Assembly: GCA_963845065.1 (NCBI GenBank)
Contig: CAWJQQ010000009.1
Location: 192,001 to 256,000 of the forward strand
Length of the DNA: 64,000 bases
Direction: 5' to 3'
Origin: Nitrospirota bacterium
Lineage (GTDB): Bacteria > Nitrospirota > UBA9217
Part shown: piece by piece, positions 50,767 through 60,685 of the stretch
Layout of the letters: each line of letters opens with the position of its first letter
Position numbering within the stretch: position 1 is the stretch's first letter
Notes under the pieces: model-generated
What the model was told of the DNA's origin: nothing
Seen by the model: the letters and a program-made list of their open reading frames with translations, nothing else
The model's database searches: none
Translations under genes and position numbers: made by a program

Positions 50767-52430
50767 CAAACTATCCGCAGAAAGCCCCTGGTTTTAACCA
50801 TGGGGATGAATGCGGGAACTTTGTTTTCCGGCAATTAGTAGACAAATGTACATCTATGTGGTATATTTAAACAACCAATGCCGAATAAACCTAAAAGCCC
50901 ATCTTGTATCCACGAGTTTCAACTCGTAGTGACTCCAAAGGGCAATCGAATGCTCGATGCCCGGCTCGAAGCTGGCCGTTATCTGTACAATGCCTGCCTT
51001 GGTGAAGCGATGAAGCGTCTTACTGCCATGCGGCGATCAGAAAAATGGCTCGTGGCGATCACGAAGAAGAAAAGCAAGCTTCGCACCAAGATGTTTAAGA
51101 CAGCCAGAACCCAGGCTGAATATACTGAATACCACCTTCATAACTACGTCGGTATCCTCCGCAATTCCTGCTGGATCAGTGAGCATATTGACAGCCTGAC
51201 CGCCCAGAAGATAGCATCTCGAGCATATAGCGCCGTCGCTGACTACGAGTTTGGGAAGCATGGCAAACCACGTTTCAAGCGCCATGGCTGGATGTCGTCC
51301 CTTGAAGGTAAAAACAACAAATCTGGTATTCGGTGGTGCGATGACCATGTGGAGTGGACCGGCCTTCGTCTCAACTGTGTCTTCGACAAGAAAGACAAGT
51401 TTGGCGTTCAGGCTCATGCACTTAGCCATGACATCAAGTACGTTCGTCTGGTCAAGAAAACTATCCGCGGCAATCCCCGCTGGTTTGCCCAACTTGTGCT
51501 TAAAGGCACGGCCAAGATCAAGCGTGAGAACCAGATTGGCACCGAAACCGTTGGCCTTGACATTGGCCCGTCGACAGTTGCCATCGTTGGTGATACCGAT
51601 GCGTTACTACTCGAATTCTGCCCCGAAGTCGAGATACCGTTTAAACGTATCAAGACCGTCCAGCGCACAATGGCCAGAAGCCTTCGTGCTACCAACCCGG
51701 GCAACTACAACGGAGACAAAACCATCAAAACGGGTAAAAAGCAGTGGGTCTTTTCTGCTCAATACCGTATTCTTAAAGCTAAGCTCGCCGAACTTCAAAG
51801 AATCCTTGCTGAAACCAGAAAACGGTCTCATGGCAAGCTCGTGAACAAAGTCCTCACTCTCGGTACCGACATCAAAACCGAGAAACTGTCGTACAAAGCA
51901 TTTCAGAAACTCTATGGTAAAAGTATTTCGCGACGAGCTCCGGGGATGTTTATGTCGATGCTTCACCACAAAGCCGAAAACGCTGGCGGTAAAGTAACCG
52001 AGTTTTCTACCCGGAGCACAAAGCTTTCCCAGACATGCCATTGCGGAACAGTAGCCAAAAAATCATTGTCCCAAAGATGGCATGCCTGCAACTGCGGGGT
52101 AAGCACCCAGCGTGATCTCTATTCCGCATTCCTTGCAAAGTATGTTTCTAACGATGTCCTCGACACGCGTCAGGCTGCCAAAGCCTGGCCGGGTGCAAAC
52201 CTGCTCCTGGAACGGGCGGTGTTGGGGGTGCAGCATGAAGCGGCAAAGGGTCGAATTCATCCAACCAGCTTCGGTATCAAGCAAGAGAACACCACGAACC
52301 GGCGACAGAGCTGCTCGTCCGTTAACGGCGGATCAACGACAGTCGAGGCCGACAACGTTTGTATTGTTGCCGGAGAGCCTGTCGGTACAGCCGCTAGAAC
52401 CCCCTGGCTTTAGACATGGGGAGTGGTCAG
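50767..52430 (+). mobile_element. IS200/IS605-family TnpB-only element with IS608-like ends
   Basis: TTAC target; left end AAAG+cccctggttttaaccatgggga; right end GAAC+cccctggctttagacatgggga-gtgg-TCAG; no tnpA. Confidence 0.92.
50878..52413 (+). CDS. tnpB: TnpB RNA-guided endonuclease
   Basis: GKPRFK; RuvC residues in VGLDIG, KTEKL and QRDLYSA; zinc finger CHCG...CNCG. Confidence 0.92.
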   Translation: MPNKPKSPSCIHEFQLVVTPKGNRMLDARLEAGRYLYNACLGEAMKRLTAMRRSEKWLVAITKKKSKLRTKMFKTARTQAEYTEYHLHNYVGILRNSCWISEHIDSLTAQKIASRAYSAVADYEFGKHGKPRFKRHGWMSSLEGKNNKSGIRWCDDHVEWTGLRLNCVFDKKDKFGVQAHALSHDIKYVRLVKKTIRGNPRWFAQLVLKGTAKIKRENQIGTETVGLDIGPSTVAIVGDTDALLLEFCPEVEIPFKRIKTVQRTMARSLRATNPGNYNGDKTIKTGKKQWVFSAQYRILKAKLAELQRILAETRKRSHGKLVNKVLTLGTDIKTEKLSYKAFQKLYGKSISRRAPGMFMSMLHHKAENAGGKVTEFSTRSTKLSQTCHCGTVAKKSLSQRWHACNCGVSTQRDLYSAFLAKYVSNDVLDTRQAAKAWPGANLLLERAVLGVQHEAAKGRIHPTSFGIKQENTTNRRQSCSSVNGGSTTVEADNVCIVAGEPVGTAARTPWL

Positions 52431-52742
52431 CGCGTTAGTTGAAACTGCTGATGCTTCGTGCATAGGTGGTGTCAGTACCCTGAAAATATGCGTTAATTAT
52501 ATAGGAGTGTGGCTTTTTTATCAAGAAATTCGATGGTGTATATTTGGATGTTCAAAAAATTCAGAATGAAACTTGATTTGTTTCAAAGAAATGTAACGTC
52601 GACGAGTACGAAATGCAGCTATTGATAGTATTTGATGTTTGATATTTATTCGAAATACTGTCCGAGGCCGGTCGAAATCGCTGCCCGAATGATTAACCTT
52701 TGAGTAATGCGAGCATTTCTCGCGATAATTAAATCAGACGCA

Positions 52743-53513
52743 TCAGTCCCTTTTTAGAAACACTTTTGCAAGTAACGCCGTTGCGACGAACACATACTTA
52801 TCAGGTTTGAGCAAAGGACCAAGTAGCGCAGTCTGACCGGCCTTACTCAGCAGTCGTTCATCATATTGGGCGCCTTTGCATAGGCGGCGCAATTCCGCCA
52901 CGAGCTTCACGAAATTTACTGAGCGGGAAAGCCCACGCGCGGGCCCGAGAGACTCATAGACAACCCCGGTCTCATGGAAAGCAAGCGTCGGGATGTCCCC
53001 CCCATAGAGTGTCAAAAATCTCTCGCGCTCTTCTTTTGTTACCTCGTGCGTAATTTTTGTCGTCTTGGTCACTTTTAGGCCACCCGTAATAACGGCATTG
53101 CCCAAGCTCATTGTACGCTTGCTAATTGTTTCCATTGAAGTGCTGCTTAAAATCCCGATGCCATGAAGAATGAGATTAATGTCGCGATAGGCGATTGTAA
53201 GGCTCCTGCCATCATTTGTTTTGACAATGAGATCTTTCTCGCCAAAATCAAATTTTCTTACGAGCCACTGGTCCGCCTCTACCTTAATCTCGTCGTTGTT
53301 CAGAACCACTGCGGAGAAACCCATGGCCTTAAGATCACCAGCAAGTTTCTTTGCTTGCACCTCCTCCGCAAACACGCCTACGACAAGGGGTCCGCTTCCG
53401 GGAGCGCGCAGACGCGAATGCGCCTCAAAAACTGTAATATTAAGAACAGTTGCAAGTACTCCGGCCAGCTCCTGTTTGTTTTCCTTGACGTTGTATATCG
53501 CTAAGACATGCAT
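52743..53513 (-). CDS. Hypothetical protein
   Basis: 256-aa ORF with RBS. Confidence 0.75.
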   Translation of the reverse strand: MHVLAIYNVKENKQELAGVLATVLNITVFEAHSRLRAPGSGPLVVGVFAEEVQAKKLAGDLKAMGFSAVVLNNDEIKVEADQWLVRKFDFGEKDLIVKTNDGRSLTIAYRDINLILHGIGILSSTSMETISKRTMSLGNAVITGGLKVTKTTKITHEVTKEERERFLTLYGGDIPTLAFHETGVVYESLGPARGLSRSVNFVKLVAELRRLCKGAQYDERLLSKAGQTALLGPLLKPDKYVFVATALLAKVFLKRD

Positions 53514-53799
53514 AATTGTCTACCTTCACTCAGGCTTTGTAATAATTCTCATCGAAACATTCTTGCTTCAAAAAAACGTAACTAATGAAGCTTCAGAATG
53601 AACAGTTGGCTAAAAACTTAACTGGTATATTGACTTTCTTGGCAATTTTGCCCCTCGGGAATGAGCGAAGGGCTTTAAGGCAGGTCTAAAGTTGAAGACA
53701 ACCCCCAGCTTGATACTAACATCACTTCAACACAAAACGCAACAGGTCATCACAATTCTAGATTTGCAACTGGGAGTTTATTGTCTTTCATTTAACCCC

Positions 53800-54717
53800 T
53801 TACCTTACTCCGAAAGAAAGTGAATGATTGAGGGCGCAGAGAGGCAGGAGTGTGATGTCCTCCGCTACTCCCGAGTGTTCCTGTACAACTCTTTTTACGT
53901 CGTCCCAACAGACTTCTGCGGCTACATTCAGCGAGTTAAGGCGGTCGGTGACATCCCCCAAGAGGTTCGGCATCACCCCATAGATATCGGGATCGACTTC
54001 GAGTAAAACCCTTCCTTCATCGGTAACCGCAGCCTTGACTGGCTCGTAAATGGTTTCTCCCGGCGTTCCCACATCGACTTCGTCATAGAGCTTTTTAATG
54101 TTCTCTGGCAGGACGCGAATACAGCCATGGCTCCAGAACCGGTAAACACTTCCAGGTGATATCGTTTCATGGATCGCGATTTCCGGAAAGGAAGTGTACA
54201 GGATGTAGGTACCAAGGGGATTATCCGGGCCTGACGGGACCTGGGTTAATACTGGCTTGCCCTCCAAGCGCATCTGATCCTGGATTGATTGCGGCACGTA
54301 CCATACCGGGTTTCTTGACTTCCTCGCAATGGTAAAACTGCCGATGGGTGTTTGCCACGTTGTAATACCTCGCCAATCAGACATGCCGAGGCCGACCGGA
54401 AAGGACAATTCAATGTTGCCATTTTTAAAGAAGTAGAGCATCTTGGCGGAGACATCAATGATAATGCCGTTATCCATCATCTTTGGTACGATTTTCTCGG
54501 TGTTAATAAGCAGCTCCTGTCCGGGAACCAGGCGTTGAACCTGTTTAAGATGGTTCAATTGTGCAATGACACGTGTTTCTACGCCGACCTTTGAGCTAAT
54601 CAGCGGAAGACTGTCTCCCTGTGTTACGCTGTAATGGATAGTGCCGCCATTGATGACGGCCGCGAAGGCTGCAACAGGAATTAGAATGCTAAGCAAAATA
54701 ATAATTATTCGGTTCAT
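53800..54717 (-). CDS. LysM L,D-transpeptidase (ErfK/YcfS family)
   Basis: Signal peptide; LysM; GPDNPLG; IAIHET...SHGCIR. Confidence 0.93.
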   Translation of the reverse strand: MNRIIIILLSILIPVAAFAAVINGGTIHYSVTQGDSLPLISSKVGVETRVIAQLNHLKQVQRLVPGQELLINTEKIVPKMMDNGIIIDVSAKMLYFFKNGNIELSFPVGLGMSDWRGITTWQTPIGSFTIARKSRNPVWYVPQSIQDQMRLEGKPVLTQVPSGPDNPLGTYILYTSFPEIAIHETISPGSVYRFWSHGCIRVLPENIKKLYDEVDVGTPGETIYEPVKAAVTDEGRVLLEVDPDIYGVMPNLLGDVTDRLNSLNVAAEVCWDDVKRVVQEHSGVAEDITLLPLCALNHSLSFGVR

Positions 54718-54953
54718 AATCAGCTCACTTTGCGCGAAAAGTCGCGCTCAGGCATGATGCTGCCGAGATGACGATTCGTATTCCATCTCTATAAAGAGTA
54801 TACCGCAAACCTTGATGTTTGGATTAACCGGCTGAGAGCTGTCACGAGGATGGAGTCAGAACCAGCGTCGAACTCTAGACTGAACACTTCTTCGGCATGC
54901 AGTCATAAGAATCAGGAGATCCACGGGGAAAGGGACTGTTACTGAGCGGGTCT

Positions 54954-55493
54954 TTACCAGTATCGTACGCGACCGTTGTCTATGTGGACAAAATCAGGAT
55001 AGTGTCCTACGCCGCCCACACGAAAGGACTGGGCAAGTGTAAAAAGCTTACTGTTGTGAATATGGGGCAGATAAAAATCTATTGCACGTCCTTGTAGATG
55101 CATGCTGTTCTTTACAACACCATGGCCCTCCCTCCAAAGGTAGTCGTTATAGGCTGGAGAGCGGTATCCGGATATGATTTGGATCTCGGTATTTTTCTCT
55201 ATCCGGTCTTTTATGTCGCAGAGAAGGTCAAGAACTTCTACATCTATCGGCTTGATCTCATTAGTATAATGACATCGCATTAATTTGTTGATTCCGTCAA
55301 TTGCGTCCTTGTCATAAAGACCGCAGGAGCAGTATTTAACATGAAGTCTTTCACCTGTGTGGGTATTGTAAAGCTTAAGAATACGATCCTTTTGGTCAGA
55401 TGCCGGGATCTCAAATGCAGGGATCTCGCCAGCGTAACTGGAGAACATGAGGAGCAAAAGCATTTGGCTAATAAATGTTCTTCTTGAAGTCAT
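54954..55493 (-). CDS. YcbK/DUF882 (peptidase M15-type) protein
   Basis: SRRTF Tat-like signal; IISGYRSP; SMHLQGRAID; FVHIDNGRVRYW. Confidence 0.92.
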   Translation of the reverse strand: MTSRRTFISQMLLLLMFSSYAGEIPAFEIPASDQKDRILKLYNTHTGERLHVKYCSCGLYDKDAIDGINKLMRCHYTNEIKPIDVEVLDLLCDIKDRIEKNTEIQIISGYRSPAYNDYLWREGHGVVKNSMHLQGRAIDFYLPHIHNSKLFTLAQSFRVGGVGHYPDFVHIDNGRVRYW

Positions 55494-55919
55494 GGTATCC
55501 TTTTTTTGCTGATCATCCAGGGCCGTATCGAACTCTTCAAGAGTTCACGCGACCAAGCGATCATGCCTACCGCATAACAAGGGTCAGGCTTGCATTGGTG
55601 GAATTCACCAGAAAGGTCCTGATAACACGCTCATACTAATGTCGTATTGATCTCGGATCAGGCTGATGGAAAAACTTGGTCGGATTATACACTCCTCATG
55701 AAAAAATGGAAGGATTATTTTGATAGGAGCAGCTCCTAATTCTATTACAAACCGAGCAAAACCAATGCGAATAAGCAGGAGGTAGGCCGCACCGCTTGCT
55801 TTAAGAGTGATTCTAAACGTCAACTAAAAAAAAAGTGCGATGATTTCTCATCGCCTATGATATTTTCCCGAAGCATTGCCAAGAAGTTTATTTCATGCCT
55901 GACGCTCAGTACGTTACAT

Positions 55920-56237
55920 TTACGACTTCACCGAAACCTCCTGCGTCTCGCCGGCCGTCGCGGACGTGGACACCACCAAGCCAGCCATCGTCCCGAGAAG
56001 CCCCCCGCCTACGAGGCAGACTGCAGCTGCGCAGGATATCCCGATCACGATCCCCATCACCACCGCCGCCCTGACAAAGAGCGTGGGCTCCACTGCGCCG
56101 CCCATCAGCCTCTGGATCATGATAAGCGTCCCGTAGCTTCCGAAATAGAATCCCGGCATGATCCCGAACACCAGGAATATTAGCCCGCCAACCGCTGAGC
56201 CAATCTTCATGCCCGTTTTTACCGATTCGTTCTTCAT
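55920..56237 (-). CDS. Small Gly-rich membrane protein B (copy 3)
   Basis: 3 aa differences from copy 1. Confidence 0.85.
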   Translation of the reverse strand: MKNESVKTGMKIGSAVGGLIFLVFGIMPGFYFGSYGTLIMIQRLMGGAVEPTLFVRAAVVMGIVIGISCAAAVCLVGGGLLGTMAGLVVSTSATAGETQEVSVKS

Positions 56238-56286
56238 GATTTTTTCTCCTAATAGTACAATTTTTTTTATAATTTTAGCTATTTTG

Positions 56287-56601
56287 TTATTTGGTGCCGG
56301 CCATCGATGTCTTTTCCGATGCGTGCCCGCCCTCGAGCACTCTGCCGAAGAGCCAGCCCATGGTGGATGTGGCAGTTACGAACGTGATTCCGGACACCAT
56401 GACGCCCACCAGCATGGACGCGAGCACGATTGCGCGTGATATGATTCCCGGGTCCAGCGGAAGCCCGAAGAACATTCCGGCTAATTTTATTCCGGCTGCG
56501 CCGCCCAGAAGGCTGCCGGGAAGAAGACCGAAGATCGCGAAGAGAACGATTCCTGCGCCTGCGCCGATGTATGCTGTTTTTTTTGAAATTTTGGTATTCA
56601 T
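56287..56601 (-). CDS. Small Gly-rich membrane protein A (copy 3)
   Basis: 1 aa difference from copy 1. Confidence 0.85.
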   Translation of the reverse strand: MNTKISKKTAYIGAGAGIVLFAIFGLLPGSLLGGAAGIKLAGMFFGLPLDPGIISRAIVLASMLVGVMVSGITFVTATSTMGWLFGRVLEGGHASEKTSMAGTK

Positions 56602-56638
56602 TTTATTGTCCCCCTTTTGTCAGTCTTGCATTGTATAT

Positions 56639-56655
56639 TGCAGATAGCATGCCAA
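56639..56655 (-). promoter_or_regulatory. Sigma54 promoter (copy 3)
   Basis: TTGGCATGCTATCTGCA on the minus strand. Confidence 0.75.
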
Positions 56656-56967
56656 AAGATAACTGATTGTTTTTGCGAGGACATGGCGATGCGAGCTTTT
56701 GCAAAGATGAGAAATAGAGCAATTGCGTTGTTAATCATGCAAACGAATCTGACTTTTCCTGAACGTATATTTGTTTTTTCTGATATCTCATGCAGAAAGA
56801 CGCGACACATTCAGCACGTGATTCAACGCGAGGTCTCCGTCAGCGTCTGGTAACAGTTTCCGTGTTGGGTACTATTATCTTGCCCGGCTTCAGCGACTTC
56901 CTGACGTGCACAATGAACTTGCTATCCTTGAAAATGAGAAATATTCATTGAACAAGGAGGATCAACT

Positions 56968-57391
56968 ATAAAATTGAATACTTTGATTAAATTACCGGCG
57001 CTGGCAAAAATTATCGTCGCAATTGTTCGATCGGGGGACTGCGTTAGCCGAACATCATGCAGTCAAAGTCGTACACAAAGAAGGGCTCGGCAGCTACCTC
57101 ACCGACATCAAAGGAATGACGCTCTACAATTTTAGAAAAGACTCACCGGGAAAGAGCGCCTGCGAAGGGCCTTGTGTTGGCAACTGACCGTTATTCTATC
57201 GAAAGAAAGTTGATGTTAAGGGTCCGTCAGTCGGAGATTTCGGGATGGTTGTCCGGGCAGACGGCGGCAAAAGGCAGACGACCTATAAGGGCATGCCGCT
57301 TTATTTTTTCTGTAAGGACGTAAAGCCTGGTGATACAGCCGGCCAAGGATTTAAAGACATTTGGTCTGTCGTAAAACCTTATGATGTGTAG
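56968..57391 (+). pseudogene. Secreted repeat protein (Lipoprotein_15/COG4315-like) pseudogene
   Basis: YLTDIKGMTLYNF..D.PGKSACEGPCVGN*P...QTTYKGMPLY...GQG...W; ATA in place of the start, a frameshift and TGA at 57185. Confidence 0.8.
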
Positions 57392-57397
57392 GACGGA

Positions 57398-57506
57398 GAA
57401 AACCCCAGTTTATTAAAACTGGGGATGAAGGCTGCCTGGAGCGAAGCGGATGCTGAATCGCCTTTGCTAGACCGGAAAACACGGGCTTTAGCACGTGTGT
57501 AATTCA
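57398..57506 (+). mobile_element. PATE/MITE-like IS200/IS605 derivative
   Basis: ccccagttt-atta-aaactgggg-atgaa ... acacgggc-ttta-gcacgtgt-gtaattca. Confidence 0.6.
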
Positions 57507-58424
57507 TTTCATCGACTTCACTGTTTCCCGAATCCCTTGAGTGTATGATGTTGTCTTGAAGTTGAATGCCTTCTCGAATTTACTACTGTCAAATAAATAG
57601 TCCGAATCATTCTGATAAAGCATCTCCACGCTTTCTCGGACAATCCCATTAAAAAGTCCAACTAGTTGAACCATCCAGCGAGGGAGAACCATATACCGGG
57701 GTGTAAGCTCAAACTCTATAGCAGTTTTTTCGATAAATTCCTTCCCTGTTAAAACATTCCTGTCGGTTGGCAAATGCCATACCTGATTATAGGCGCTCTC
57801 GGTATTACCCAAGATGGCGGTTGCTTTGCCAGCATCAGGAGTATAAGTCAGGGAATGTTTCACATTATCATTCACTAGCCACTGCGCCCTCTTCCCCTTT
57901 TTAAAATTGTCAAAAACCATGACATTTACAAAGCTGAGTGGCGTATTGGGTCCATAGAAATCTGCTGATCGCGCAATTATGGCGTTCAAATTCCCTCTGT
58001 CTACTTCGTCCAGTATCATAGAGGCAATCTTTTTTCTGACTTCACCCTTATTACTTGATGGCTTCATAGGGGTATCTTCTGTCATCCATCCATTAACACG
58101 TCCATAAGAATAGACATTATCGAAGAAAACCAGCTTGGCATTGTGACTCCTGCATGAATCAATGACATTTTTCATGATAATGGGCCATTGGCTTTGCCAA
58201 GTTTTGACATTATATGGGAGTCCTGCCGTAAGGTAAACAATTTCAGAACCCTGAACAGCTTTCATGGTTTGCTCGGCATTCAGCAGGTCCGCCGAAAATA
58301 ATCCATCGGTCAGGTTCACCTTCTTGGGATTACGACCCACCAGCCTAACTTTATCCGTGAATTCGGGAAGACTCTTTGCCAATTCTTTCCCGATAACACC
58401 GCCTGCCCCTAAGATGGTTTGCAT
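57504..58424 (-). CDS. NAD-dependent epimerase/dehydratase family protein
   Basis: Start re-called at MQTILGAGGVIG; DNVYSYG; DFYGP. Confidence 0.9.
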   Translation of the reverse strand: MQTILGAGGVIGKELAKSLPEFTDKVRLVGRNPKKVNLTDGLFSADLLNAEQTMKAVQGSEIVYLTAGLPYNVKTWQSQWPIIMKNVIDSCRSHNAKLVFFDNVYSYGRVNGWMTEDTPMKPSSNKGEVRKKIASMILDEVDRGNLNAIIARSADFYGPNTPLSFVNVMVFDNFKKGKRAQWLVNDNVKHSLTYTPDAGKATAILGNTESAYNQVWHLPTDRNVLTGKEFIEKTAIEFELTPRYMVLPRWMVQLVGLFNGIVRESVEMLYQNDSDYLFDSSKFEKAFNFKTTSYTQGIRETVKSMK

Positions 58425-58464
58425 GGTGTCCCTCACTCGCGATGATATTAGCACAAATCAAATG

Positions 58465-59208
58465 TCAGTACAGCTTTTGACACGTAACTCCTACTTTCTC
58501 AAATCCCGCCCTTAATTCCTCACCCCTTTGGTTGAAAAACTCATCATCCATAGCCCATTGCATACCATGCTTTTTGAAAACCCAATCTGCGTAGTGATAA
58601 TTTAGTCTGTCAATCAGAACATTGTCAACCTTGTCTTTAAGCATATCAACAAGTCCCTCTGCACTAGGAAGCAAAGGGGCTATCATGACAAAGGTTCTTA
58701 TCCAGGCTGAATGCAGAATAGCCAATGCCTCAACTCTTTTGGCAATCGGCGGCGCACCTGGCTCAAATATTTTCCTCATCTTCTCATCCGCTGTGGTGAT
58801 GGTGAACCCAACCTCGCAATCTGTAGCTATTTTCAATAGCTCGATATCCCTCAAAACCAGCGGGGATTTAGTTTGAATCGTAAATGACCATTCATTTGCC
58901 ACGAGGATTTCAAGGCACCTTCGGGTGAGCTGGTATTTCTTTTCCAAAGGTTGATAAGCATCACACACCCCGCTTATCCAGACTCTGCCTTTTTTCCTTT
59001 TCTTCACTTCCTTGGCTAAAAGTTCAGGCGCATTTATCTTTACATCGACAAAATCTCCCCACGGCTCACGGTGTCCCGTGAATCTCTTCATGAACTTGGC
59101 ATAGCAGTAGACGCAGTTGTGCTGACATCCCACATAGGCATTCAAGGCATAATCATAAATCTGAGATTTTGACAGTATGTTTTTTGCTTCTATCACTTGG
59201 ACAATCAT
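58465..59208 (-). CDS. Radical SAM protein (spore photoproduct lyase-like family)
   Basis: GCQHNCVYCYA (CX3CX2C); DAYQPLE; QTKSPLVLRD. Confidence 0.92.
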   Translation of the reverse strand: MIVQVIEAKNILSKSQIYDYALNAYVGCQHNCVYCYAKFMKRFTGHREPWGDFVDVKINAPELLAKEVKKRKKGRVWISGVCDAYQPLEKKYQLTRRCLEILVANEWSFTIQTKSPLVLRDIELLKIATDCEVGFTITTADEKMRKIFEPGAPPIAKRVEALAILHSAWIRTFVMIAPLLPSAEGLVDMLKDKVDNVLIDRLNYHYADWVFKKHGMQWAMDDEFFNQRGEELRAGFEKVGVTCQKLY

Positions 59209-59409
59209 ATCTCAATATAATTTTGTGGCACATTAAAGAAATTTATTATATTATGGAGGAAAAAAGAAGAGCAGGTGAAACATGCTCTGTGACTAAACCT
59301 TTTTCCAGTACTTGTGACTAATTGGTATCTAGACGCCATAAAAATATGATAGCATAAGCATTCGTAATCAATTCAAGTAAATAAGTTAATATAATAAGGA
59401 GTGAAATAG

Positions 59410-59676
59410 ATGAAATTTACCGTGCCGGATGAAATATTAAAAAAGACTACCAAATGTAGTTACGATTTTTCCTGCCTCACCACGGGGAAATGTGGAAATC
59501 TTATCATGTGCAAGGTCGATAGGCGTTTCGATAAAAATATGCTCTATATAAAAGCATCGAAGGATACAAATGGTGTTTCATGTCCCTATAAATATACTTG
59601 CGGTACAAAGCAGGGATACATTTGCACCTGCCCCACTCACTATGCTATCTATAAGCAGGAATGCGCAAAGGTGTAA
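59410..59676 (+). CDS. Small Cys-rich hypothetical protein
   Basis: AAGGAG RBS; 9 Cys in 88 aa including CTCP. Confidence 0.7.
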   Translation: MKFTVPDEILKKTTKCSYDFSCLTTGKCGNLIMCKVDRRFDKNMLYIKASKDTNGVSCPYKYTCGTKQGYICTCPTHYAIYKQECAKV

Positions 59677-60042
59677 TGACTACTACAATGATTTTGGCAG
59701 TATCAATCAATTCATGACCAGGTAACTCAATGCCGTTTCCCGCTTCCGATTAATAACCCGTTTGACTGCCAATTATAATGTCTTCCTATTGCCGACAAAA
59801 AAAAGTACAAATTCTTGACTTATAAGTCTCGGATATAGAAGATTCCTGAATCCTCAGCGAGCGATTTCACTATCAATATTGCTCAAATCCCATATTGTCC
59901 CCTGTCTTGCAAGGAATGGCAACCTCAACAGCATCAGGGAGTATCATTCAACCTGTGATACCTTCTAGGACAAGGTTGCAACCCTACTTTCACAGCCGCA
60001 GGCCATCCGTCGATATCCATCTTGCTTAAACTTCGGTCTTTG

Positions 60043-60369
60043 TCACTTGCCCCGCTCCAATGCATCGAGGAATTCCCTGACAGGTGTTGAATCGTATTTC
60101 CGCATCAACGTGCCTATATACTGCATCTGCCGGCTAAGAGGGTTGTGTTTTTTTATGGCCTTTGCTGCTTTCACGGCAGTCAGGACGTCTTCGGGCAGAT
60201 CGATCCGATTGAGCTGCTCGCCCGACAACGTCACAAGTTGTTCACCCAGGTCCTGCAATGACAGAGCTGCTTTTTTCCTCTGCGTTTTGCTCAAACGCAC
60301 CGCTTGCTCCCCCGGGTCCTGCCCGGGCTGCACAGCTTTCTTCTTATCTCTTTTGCGTATCAGGCCCAA
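60043..60369 (-). CDS. Short YjgA/DarP (DUF615)-like ribosome-associated protein
   Basis: SKTQRKK...LQDLGEQL...RQMQYIGTLMR; lacks the usual C-terminal half; start uncertain. Confidence 0.75.
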   Translation of the reverse strand: MGLIRKRDKKKAVQPGQDPGEQAVRLSKTQRKKAALSLQDLGEQLVTLSGEQLNRIDLPEDVLTAVKAAKAIKKHNPLSRQMQYIGTLMRKYDSTPVREFLDALERGK

Positions 60370-60645
60370 ACCGTAATCCTCCCAAATTAACTTTGTCTTC
60401 GAATAACTAAAACTCTGTTGCCATCGCATCTGTTACCTCTGGTTATTTGCATAGACCATTTTACTCTGTTACCGCGGTTTTTAGAATGTAAATTCATAAT
60501 AACGGCTTTTTTAGTCGCTTTTAACTTCATCTGCTACCTGTATCAAATACTACATGAGCTATAGCAAGTGCTTCACAACAATTACCATGTTTAACTTTTT
60601 AGCCTCTAACAGTCTGATTTATCATAGTAAGTTTTTCTCATGTGA

Positions 60646-60661
60646 TGGCCTGAAAATTGCT
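60646..60661 (+). promoter_or_regulatory. Sigma54 promoter of the RND operon
   Basis: TGGCCTGAAAATTGCT (GG-N10-GC) about 25 bp before the start. Confidence 0.6.
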
Positions 60662-60685
60662 GATAGTAAGAGCCGGAGGTTAGCA

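Larger units (their letters stand above)
55837..56869 (-). repeat. Segmental repeat copy 3 (inverted, near-identical to 14249..15278)
   Basis: Direct comparison by eye. Confidence 0.92.

Noticed and set aside
50878..52413. Nuclease-dead TldR or Cas12 effector
   Set aside because: The catalytic D/E/D residues are present, IS ends flank the gene, and there is no array.
52431..52450. TnpB guide targeting the 80-bp repeat (shared gttgaaactgc)
   Set aside because: The match is only 11 nt, lies distal to the seed and has no adjacent TTAC, so it is likely chance.
33849..57391. UGA-to-Trp recoding, suggested by Trp-to-TGA changes at 34011 and 57185
   Set aside because: Many intact genes end in TGA, the 56968 gene has other lesions, and a probable Trp-to-TAG change occurs at 43915. 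Ordinary pseudogenisation explains it.
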